A stretch of DNA of 64,000 bases, from the NCBI RefSeq assembly GCF_009914755.1, contig NC_060933.1. One strand, written 5' to 3'. The translations under genes were made by a program, and so were the position numbers. This document shows positions 54,030 to 64,000 of this stretch, in pieces. The notes under the pieces are model-generated. The model did not search any database. It was not told the origin of the DNA and worked only from the letters and a program-made list of their open reading frames with translations. The DNA is from the human T2T-CHM13v2.0 reference genome, Homo sapiens. The first letter of the stretch is position 1. Each line of letters opens with the position of its first letter.

Positions 54030-54925
54030 CAACCAACCTAAAAATAGCCATAAAATATAAAGCATTATCAAGAATATATTAGAAATTCATAAACAATGAA
54101 ACCGAAAAATGGCAAAGACTTACACAGGTACCTCACAAAAGAAGATATCCAAATGACCAATAATCATATGAGTAAGTGAGAAACTGCATTGGTCATCAAT
54201 GACATGCCAATTATAACAAAAATTTGATAATGTCATTGATAATAACAAATGGCTAGTATAATTTGAGGATTTATTAGTAGTATCCTGATGTCTAAACTGA
54301 AAAAGATAGGTATTCCAAATTTCAGCCAAGCTATTTGTAAATTAGTACAACATTTTGGAAAAAGTGTTTGGCAGTATCTACTAAAGCTGAAAAACAAGTC
54401 TATGACACAGCATTTATTGCTCTAGGTATATAACTATTAGAACTTCATTCTAACACCAAAAGATATGTAAAAGAATATTCCTAACAGTATCAATAGTAAT
54501 AGCTTTAACTGAAAACTGCCAAAATGTTCATCAGTCATAGAATGAGTATAAAAATTGTGGCATATTAATACAAAAAAAGTTATACAGTAATGAAAATGAA
54601 AGTAGTACAATTTGCAAAAATGTAAGTGAATCTCACATATGTGGTATTAAGCTAAAAAAATCAGACAAAAGGAGTGCATATTTTATGAATCTATTTACAT
54701 AAAGTTCGAAAACAGGTAAACCTAATCTGTGATTCTAGATGTCAGAATAGTGGTTATTTGTGTCACAGGCAGCAAGGGAGGATATAGAAGAGTTCTTCTG
54801 GAGTGCTGATTATGTTGTATTTATTTATTTGAGAATAGTAATATGGATGTATCACATAAAAATTTATCAAGCCATGCACTTATGATTGAAGGGGGAGGAA
54901 AGTTATGTTCAATAAAAACAATTTA
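54030..54925 (+). mobile_element. Old L1M (ME/MC-like) 3' end
   Basis: CCTCACAAAAGAAGATATCCAAATGACCAATAA, TTTGGCAGTATCTACTAAAGCTG, terminal TTCAATAAAAA. Confidence 0.75.
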
Positions 54926-55029
54926 CATTAAAGAGTAATTATTAAAAGTAAACAGGAAGATTTACACCCAAGAGGTATATAGGAATGTGTTTAAACAGAA
55001 TCATGCTTTTTGAAAATTTATATGAGTAA

Positions 55030-55140
55030 TGTCTCAATTCCTTTTATGCTGCTATAACAGAATACCACAGACTGGGTCATTTATGAAGAACAGAAATTTA
55101 TTTTTCATAGTTCTGGAAGCTGGGAAGTCCAAGTTCAAGC
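55030..55140 (-). mobile_element. MST/MLT1 LTR 3' fragment
   Basis: GCTGCTATAACAGAATACCACAGACTGGG...GTTCTGGAAGCTGGGAAGTCCAAG. Confidence 0.75.
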
Positions 55141-56006
55141 TGCACGTGTCACCTCCTCTAGTGGAGCAGTTTTGGGTCAGTACCTTTGCACACTTGAAGC
55201 TCAGTTTAGGTGCCACTAATTTTAAGGCTACAGGTATGGATAAATCCCTCAGGCGTAGGCTTAGTTTTCTCATACATAAATAGAGATGACATGAAATTAA
55301 ATGAGAGAAGGTAGGGAAAGGAGATGGTTGATTCAAATTTACCAGTCTGGAGAGAAGAAAATCTTTCAGAATGCTTTCTGTTTTATTTGCTCTTTACAAG
55401 CAAAGATTATTGCAAATTGCTTAGCTCTTTTTAGAATATAAAAACCCTCAAAAATATTATGGATTATTCAGTGGAATTATTTATAATAATGTACTTAAAA
55501 GATAGGATGAAACAAAGTATCTTAAAATAGTTTAATAATCATGATATTTTTATAAAATAATGATGTGCACAGGTGATCTAAGACTTGTTACTACATAAGA
55601 CAGCAATAATTAATAATAAAAATAATATTAACTATTATTTTTTAATGGAAATACTTTTTTTCAGCTTCAGTATGAGCTCTGAAATATTTCAAGCTACAGA
55701 AAACACTCAAGGTTTGCCTGTATCTCTTGCCTTTATTTTAAATATGAATTTAAGTAATGCAATACTGAAACATGTTTTTCAATTGATCCTAATATTCTTT
55801 GACTAATAGTAAGGACAGATAAGGGAAAACATTAAAATACTCATAAATATTTGTTAACTAAACATAAGAAGAGTACTATGGAAGGCATGATGTACTTAAG
55901 ATTCCACTTAAAATTATATAAGACAACCAAGTTTAAATTTTATAATTGGTAATTCACCTGGTCCAAGCCCTGGAGGTCATGGGTCAGCAGTCAAAACCCC
56001 ATGGAG

Positions 56007-56326
56007 GGCCGGGCGCGGTGGCTCACGCCTGTAATGCCAGCACTTTGGGAGGCCGAGGCAGGCGGATCATGAGGTCAGGAGATCGAGGCCATCCTGGTTA
56101 ACACGGTGAAACCCCATCTCTACTAAAAGTACGAAAAATTAGCCGGTGTGGTGGCGGGTGCCTATAGTCCCAGCTACTCAGGAGGCTGGGGCAGAAGAAT
56201 GGCGTGAACTCAGGAGGCGGAGTTTGCAGTGAGCCGAGATTGCCTCACTGCACTGCAGCCTGGGCAAAGAACAAGACTCCATCTCAAAAACAAAATAAAT
56301 AAAAAATAAAAATAAAATAAAATTAA
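56007..56326 (+). mobile_element. AluY-type SINE
   Basis: Full Alu. Perfect 14-bp TSD AAAACCCCATGGAG (55993-56006 and 56327-56340). Confidence 0.96.
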
Positions 56327-59092
56327 AAAACCCCATGGAGACATCCTCTATCATCTGTTGCTCTGTCATTCATGACTATTTGCCATGATTACTCCATGGC
56401 ACCACTTTTAGCCACTTATGTGAGGAAAGAGCGTAAAAAGCTCAAATATAGCTCTCCATGGCAAGTGTTCTGAATTCTGATAAAACAGACATTCCTTGGG
56501 TTTCCCTCCAAAGAACGCAGCAGCCAGTACTCAGTGTACATTCTCTTGTTTCCAGCTTCCTTTAGAAAAATGCAAGATGCTCCTTGTGAGAGTTTCTTTT
56601 TCAGCTTGAGGTTATTTTTTTAACACCTTCTCCAACTAGAGTCATCCCTTCTTGCAAGTATACAAACAAAATGCAACCATATTACAAGTACTGTTTTTTA
56701 ATTTTTTTCTTTATTTCTTTTTCAAAGGCACACTTAACAAATCATAATCTATATCTATGCCTAGGAGCACTAATGGTTTTCTTCCTTCTTCCTCTTCTCT
56801 CATTGCACAAATAAAAAAATAAAGAGAAACAGTTTTGAGGGCACTTTAATTATATGTAAGTTATTTTGCCCTTACAATAATTCTTAAAGGTATATATCGT
56901 TATAGGAGAGGACCTCAAAGACAGGGGTTTAAGATGCAACCTATTTTTTAATTATAGTTCTAAATTTAGAATGAAAAGATTAGTTTTTCTCTAATTGAGG
57001 GAGCAGTAAAACAGAAAAGAAACAGACTTGCCAGCTCTGAGGAAAATAAAAGCAAACTTCTTCACTCCTTTTCCTGGTTCACTTACCCAGAGTTGGGCAG
57101 AAAGGAATATACCTAGCCCAAAGAAAGGCAAAGCATTCTAGGTCTTCCGATCCTGGACACAGTACTCAGCTGAGTGGAGTCAATGAGAGTATTGTCTTGC
57201 AGGTTATAAATACTACCAAGTGAGATCTCTGTCTCTTCCAGTCAAGGCAGAGGCAGCTGCTCTGTCTGAGGTTCCCACCTACAACACAAATAGGAACTGG
57301 AGTGCATACTGTCTCCGCAAAGGTTCCCACTCTGCAAAGAACGCCAGAGGGCCATCCCTTCTGAGGTTCAAAATGGGAGTCCTCATGAATCTCATCAAGT
57401 ATCCCACACAACTGTGGACTAGGCTGTAAGTGCACAAATAAGTCAAGAATCCTTTCAAATTATATCTCTAAAATCCAACCATAAATTTCATGTTTTAACC
57501 TTTATTAAATGACCACTAGGCATGACACTAGGCATTTCACATGCATTCATATATTTACTCTAGGTAACAATTCTTTGATGTAATACTAATACTGGTAATG
57601 ACTACTATTTATGTCATGCTTACTGTGTTTCAGGAACTATTTGAAGAGATCTACACACACAAACTCATTAAATATGCACCAAGAAAGCTAAATGGAGGGT
57701 TTCTATTTTCATCATCAACACACTGCTGTTCAGGAAAATAAGGCTCAAAGCTTATCTTACTTAAGGTCACATTGATAGTAGTGACTGAAGCAGGAGAAGA
57801 AACCTAGCTGTCTTGGTCTAATTTCTATCTTTCAACTACGGTGCTATACTGACTGTAAATAGTAGAATTTATCACTTGAAAAATAAGAAAATTTAGCATA
57901 GGAAAGTTTAGAATCATTCCCAAGATCATAAAGATGATTAAAAAAGGAATATACATTTTTTGACCCCAAATTCTGAGTGTTTTTCCTACTGCTCTTGCAC
58001 CTTCACCCAGCAAATCCAGAGGAATTGATTCCACAATTTAGCTCTTTGTAGCTCCAGTGTGAAACTTAGCTATAGACCTATTTTTACCTTTTTAAAATCC
58101 AGACACTGATTAATGTGTTCTGTTCAACAATGTGCCCTCTACTTTGGAACTCACACATTCTTCCTCCCACAGGTATAACTTGTCTGCTTTGTCCGCTCTT
58201 CAAGAACAGAAGCAAAACCGTCAGTCTTGTTTGTTTGTTTCCTCTGATGAACACAGATGAGTGAGTGGGGTCATTATTTGCTGACATAAATATTTTCAAC
58301 TTTTGGATTTGGTAATTTCGTTTTTAACTTCTGGACTTGATATTATATATCATTTTGGGGAAGCTATTAGAGGTGCATGAAGCCCACCTCACATGGCTGA
58401 CACCAATCCAGTCATTTCAGTGTTCAGACAATCCTGAGTTGCACGCAGAGTTTTCCCAGACATGATCTCATCTTATCTTCACAATAACCCCATGACTTTG
58501 ATAGGAAAGGTAATGTATCAGTCTGCTTTATGTCAGGGGAGAGAAACCAAGAGAGAATTTAATGTGGAGATTTAACCAGGTGTAAAGTTGTTAACTATTG
58601 AAAGGGGCAAAAAGAGAGCTCCAAAGTTTCACAAAGGTAGCTATTTCAGAAACAGCTAGAACCCTTAGTGCTGAGGAAACAAAGGGAATAGATTGCAGTC
58701 GTTAAAATTCAGGGACTTAGAGGAGAGATCCTGTAGAGCTGAAATTCAGACCCCTAAGGACCCGACCAGGTACCCCACAACTAGTGCTGGTGACTGGAGA
58801 AGAGAAAGGCAGCAGAAAGCTGGTTCTGCAAGTGCTGGGAAAATGGCAAACAGGATTCAGAGGCTGCTGCCAGGAAAAGAAGCCCTGCAGGCGTGACTCC
58901 TAGGAACTGCCAGCAAATAAGAAGCCCATAGGAAGCAGACAGGAAAAAGCTAGTCTCTGCTTCTCCCTCCATACTGGGAGACTCCCTCTAGTGTTTGCTA
59001 GAGGAGAACTGAAGAGTAGCCAGCCAGCAAAGCAGAAATGTGATGTACATATCCCAAGTCCAGTATCTCAGAGCCAAGTGTACAGACAAGGG

Positions 59093-59418
59093 TCGTATCG
59101 TTTGGCTTTGTGTCCCCACCCAAATCTCATCTCAAATTGTAATCCCCATGGGGATGGTTTTCCCCCTGCTATTCTCGTGATAGTGAGGGGGTTCTCAAGA
59201 GATCTGATGGCTTTAAAAGTGGCAGTTTCCGCTGCCTGCTCTCTCTCTCTCTCTCTCCTGCTGCCTTGTGAGATGTTGCCTGCTTTCCCTTCACCTTCTT
59301 CCATGATTGCAAGTTTCCAGAGGCCTCCCCAGCCATGTGGAACTGTGAGTTAATTAAACCTCTTTTGTTTATAAATTACCCAGTCTCAGGTAGTATAGCA
59401 ATATGAAAACACTAACAA
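59093..59418 (+). mobile_element. THE1D/MSTA-like LTR with an internal deletion
   Basis: TTTGGCTTTGTGTCCCCACCCAAATCTCATCTCAAATTGTAATCCCCA...AATTAAACCTCTTTTGTTTATAAATTACCCAGTCTCAGG. It may sit inside an older LTR-like stretch starting ~58514. Confidence 0.85.
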
Positions 59419-60069
59419 AGAGGGTTTGGACATTAAGGCCAAGAACTTAGTAACAAGAATAGGTAGATCATTTTCTTGGCCTAATATTTAAAAAATTAAG
59501 CATAAAAACAAAAACAAAAACAAAAATCTAAAAAATCTAAGCAAAATATCTTGCTAAGGTAATATATGTAGCTGGTACGTGGTGTTGCCTGGACTTAGAT
59601 TTGGATATCTTGATTATAAACATCATATATCTTATTATATCTCATTTCTTGAGACCCAAACAATTGAAATAACTCATCTATAATCACATACTATTTCAGT
59701 GACAAAAACAAACCCCGCCAAAAATATCCAGTTTAGCACTTTTTCCTCCTACCTCTAAAATATCTCAGGTCGATGAGGAGACACCAAATTTAGGGGAAAG
59801 GAGAAGTTTAGATTGGAAGGGAGGAGGACCACAAAACCACAGCCTTCAGCAAGAGAGGGCTAAGCTGACCAGAGAAACAGCTAAACTGATAGAATTGAAT
59901 GCCTCATTCATTTGTAAATCAATTCACTCAAGAAATAATTATTGCAGCCTACCTAATTCCAGACATTATTTTAGATGATGGCAGTTCAGAAGTGAATAAA
60001 AATTACTGTTTTCATGCAGTTAACAATTCAGCAAGTGAGACAGACAATATATAACATAAATAGCATATA

Positions 60070-60372
60070 CAGTCCACCATCCCTATCTGCATGTTCCACA
60101 TCTGTGGATTCAACCAAAAGACTGAAAATTTTCAGAAACAAAAATAAAAAATAACACAACAATGAAAATACAAATAAAAAGCACACAATATAACGATTAT
60201 CTATATAGTATTTACATTGCATTAGTTATTATAAGTAATCTAGAGATGATTTAAAGTATATGAAAGAATGTTTATAGGTTATAAACAAATACTAGCCATT
60301 TTATATCTGAGGATTTTGGTATCCAAGGAAAGGGCCTTGAACCAATCTTCCAAAGAAACTGAGAGACAACTT
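60070..60372 (-). mobile_element. MER2 (Tigger) element
   Basis: TA-CAGTCCACC...TGTGGATTCAACC...AAGTAATCTAGAGATGATTTAAAGTATA...GAGACAACT. Same family as 3818-4154. Confidence 0.8.
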
Positions 60373-61829
60373 TATAGTACATTATTGAGTATAGAAAATT
60401 AAAGCAAGAAAGGAAGGTAAGAAATACCAAAGTGGTTGGATTTCTCTGTAGAGTTGCCAGAAAAGGCCTCACGGAAAAGGTGACATTGGAGTGAAGACCT
60501 GAAGGAATCAAAAGATTAAGCCATGCAGAGAATTGGGGAAACATATTTCACGTTGGAGGAGCAGCATGTACATAGGCCCTGTGGCAGAGGAGGAAGAGTG
60601 AAGAATGTAACATAGCAGGAGCATCAGAAACCCGGGAGAGAGTAGTGGGAAATGATATGAGAAAAACAAAAGGGGAAACCTGTTTAGGCAGAGCCTCATG
60701 AAGATCTCCATTGCAATAGACTGTAGAGTTTGCTATGATCTTCTAACTTTCCCTGGAGGATAATTTTACTTTCTTTCTTATTGACATCACAGGTGGCAAT
60801 GTGTCCATGAAATGTAAGCATACATCATATAAGAAGTATTAATAGCTAGCACATTGTTCCCTTTTCCCTTTTCCAGGATAAACAGCTCTATCAGGCTGGT
60901 TCTCAAAGGACAGGAGATGTGGAACTGAACTTCAGCAAACATGAAATAGCATGTATACAAGCAAGAAATTGACCTCTGGAGTTATAAGCAACCAAGATTT
61001 TCAATTTGTTACTGCGACATAACCTGGATTATTTTGAATGATAAGTACGCTCTAGTTATGTGTGGTCAGTATTTAGGCCTAGTTTTTTGTTCTGTTTCTT
61101 TCCTAAGAATAGCATGTAGGGTAAAAAGAAATATGTTAACTTGGACTTAATGGGACTCTAGTAGCTGTCATCCATTTGGGGGGATTCCATTCAGATAGTA
61201 AGTGATCTTTTCAATAAAAGAAAAAAAAAGAAAAGTTCAAGTCATTAGATCGGTTATTCTATTTCTCATAAACTATCGGTCAGATGAAAAAAAATCAGAA
61301 CTTTACATGGAAGTCATTCTATCTTAAGGAAGATTGATGCTGTCCATTTGTTCTTCCTAGAAGCTAATGCCATATAAAAACTTATCACATCAATGGGAAG
61401 AAGCAAAGAATACAAGGAGAAGAAAGGGATGAGAAGAAAGTACGTCATCCCCTCCTTTATGCGGCATCTATTCTCTCTCAGCTTTTCTCCTCATAGGCAG
61501 CCATTGCTCTTCCAGTGTGTTCACTCTGCCTCCCAGTCTCTCCTGCGTACCTTTGCATGCATATCTTTGCATACAAACCAGCCACTCTGTTTTCTGTCGT
61601 TTCATCCTGGCTAAAACATGTCAATTCTTCTATTGAATAAGTGGTAGAGAGAAAAGAGAAAAAATTAAGATATTAAAACTTCCTAAGGATGATTTATTTT
61701 ATAAAATGCCAAGTGACGATGATGAACCACTTAAAAAGCAGCAAAATACGCTGAAAAAAATTACCATGGTCTTATATGCCACTATCGTTATTCTGAAGAA
61801 ATTCTATAGGGCTATTTTTATAATTTCTC

Positions 61830-62154
61830 ACTCTCTGTCTCTCTCTCTCCCTCCCTCTCTCTCTCTCTCGATGGAGATAGGGTCTTGCTCTGTCACCCAG
61901 GATAGACTGCAGTAGTGGGATCATAGCTCACTACAGACTCAAACTTCTGGATTCATTCAATCCCCCCTTCTCAGCCTCCCAAGTACAAGTAGCTGTGACT
62001 ACAGGCACATGACACCACACCCGGATAATTTCTTATGTTTTTTTAGTGACATGGACTTGCTATGTTGCCCAGGTTGGTCTCAAACTCCTGGCCTCAAGTG
62101 ATCTCTCCTCAGCCTCCTAAAGTGCTGGGGTTACCGTTGTTACCATGCCTGCCC
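61830..62154 (-). mobile_element. AluJ-type SINE with a (CT)n tract at the tail position
   Basis: CT-rich run 61826-61869, then GAGATAGGGTCTTGCTCTGTCACCCAGG...AAAGTGCTGGGGTTAC. Confidence 0.88.
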
Positions 62155-64000
62155 TAACATTTCTCTTAATTACATGTTACATTCCTTGAGAATTAAGATC
62201 CTGCCTCATTCACTTCGGAATGCCTAAAACCTAACACAGTACATAGGCACTGAAAAAATGTCTTTTGAACTAAAGTAAAATAAAATGAAATAAAAAGTAA
62301 TTGGCTCCCTAAGGAAACTCATTTTTTGTTTGAAAATGTATTAAAATTTAATTTGGTCTTTATACCTCTCTCTCTCTTTCATCTAGCACGTGAACTAGCA
62401 GTGCCACGTCGGAGATGTCTAGAAATTTGCATATTTGTGGTTATATATATTATATGGCTAAATACGTATAGAAATACACAAGTACAATTTTAAATATGTT
62501 TATATTTTATGGTTTTTTTCCTGCATTGCAGGGAAAGTCTCCTGTAAGAGTGAATTGATAGCTTCAGTAGAAATCTCAATTTCTGTAACCTTTGATTTTC
62601 CTATCATTTAATACTGAAAGCCAATATATTGCTAAAGCCATAACTTTACTTTATCTACTGAATTTCTGTAAGCTGTAGCTAGGGAGAGATATGAAAAAAA
62701 ATAATGTGCCTAGGATGTGATTATTAATATACACAAGACCTGTCATGTAAGAATGACTAGAATGTTGTTAATATGACTTTCACAGAATACACATAGCTTC
62801 TAAATGGTAACACAAATTACATCCAGTGTTCATATTACTGCTTGATGCTATTACCTAAGACAATATAAATTTTACACTCGAAGTAAGTTAGCTACAGCTT
62901 TCAATAAAGATCAAGCTCTCTCATGCTGTTCCTCCTACAACAAAACTAATTAGGACATTACACCACTGACAGCTACAATCCTTAGGATGTTATGTAATCT
63001 GCTGGGATTCAACACTATTTTTCCCCATTAGCTTTTTCTGACTTGAAGAGAAAATCCTGGATTTGTTATTCTTTGACACTTTCACCAATGAAACATGAGC
63101 AGCACTATGTATATGAATATACATCTTTCCTGTAATTTCAGCTTCACAAATTCTTATTGAGTAATGAATTTAAAAGATAGTGAAAACCATAGAAGGGAAA
63201 AAGAAAATGCAAATCTAGTGATTATTTTACTTATTCCTTTGGAATAAGCTTTGATAGATAAATAATTTGGAAAATCATTGGCCTCAGGTCAAAGATATAT
63301 ATGAATATTGTTAGTGTTCGTATATTGCCACAATAATGACAGCTTATTTTCAGTTTTCTTCAGCTAATAGTTAGCTTAGGAAAAAAGATAAAACACACCT
63401 TTAAAAAGTATTCTCAATATGATTGACTCATTAGCATCATATTATTGAGTTAAGGGTTTCATTTGTCTTCACTGAGTTTTTGTTGGAATTTTTGTTTTCT
63501 TCCTCCACTGTCTTCTAATAAGAACATAAAATTGCATCTTTTTCCTTCAGTGAAATGTAACTTAAGACGCCTCCATATAAGTGGTATTTAGTGATGAAAT
63601 TATGTAGTAGAGACCCATTGTTCCAGTAAAAAAAAAAATGGCTTTTAGGATAAGACTTTAAAAAAATCATAAAATTTGGAGTTGTGAATTAGCTTTCATA
63701 AAGAAGGTATACAAGTCAAGAAGAGAATACTCAAATGTTTTGACATTCATTTAGTTTCAAAATACTTGGAAGTGAAACATGACACAACATTATCTTATGC
63801 ACAATTTTGAATCATTTGGAAAAAAGCTACAAATCTTTGTTTGAACTCTAAAAATAACTTTTTACTCATCTCCTCCTACTTAGCAAGTATATCTGTAACC
63901 AACAATAACACTTTTTATACTAGTCAATTTGCCCAAATATGTATTTTTTATTTTTCTAAGCTGCCTTATTTTTAGATTATGAAAAACATAATTATCAAAC

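Overview
This is primate, almost certainly human, genomic DNA: AT-rich, repeat-dense and gene-poor. The only credible protein-coding gene is an intronless, CpG-island-embedded ORF at 20200-20838 (minus strand, 212 aa) that I recognise as TUSC1, which places the window at 9p21. Just past its 3' end, on the opposite strand, lie a 6.3-kb env-deleted HERV-H provirus (11446-17736; LTR7-type LTRs, His PBS, ACTTT target-site duplication) and an independent solo LTR7 (18489-18903; CATTG TSD). The rest is Alu, L1, L2/MIR, MaLR (including a complete LTR-internal-LTR MST element nested in an MLT1), ERV LTRs, Tigger/Charlie DNA transposons, microsatellites, a ~283-bp tandem duplication and a 26-unit ~29-bp hairpin-type minisatellite. 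There is no CRISPR array or prokaryote-type system, and I cannot support a new biological system from sequence alone. The best leads are regulatory: three LTR7 promoters pointing antisense into TUSC1, a TUSC1 3' end that may abut the solo LTR, a 51-bp repeat difference between the two proviral LTRs, and candidate plus-strand lncRNA exons. Repeat subfamily names come from memory of consensus sequences, not a database search. Boundaries of old elements are approximate.
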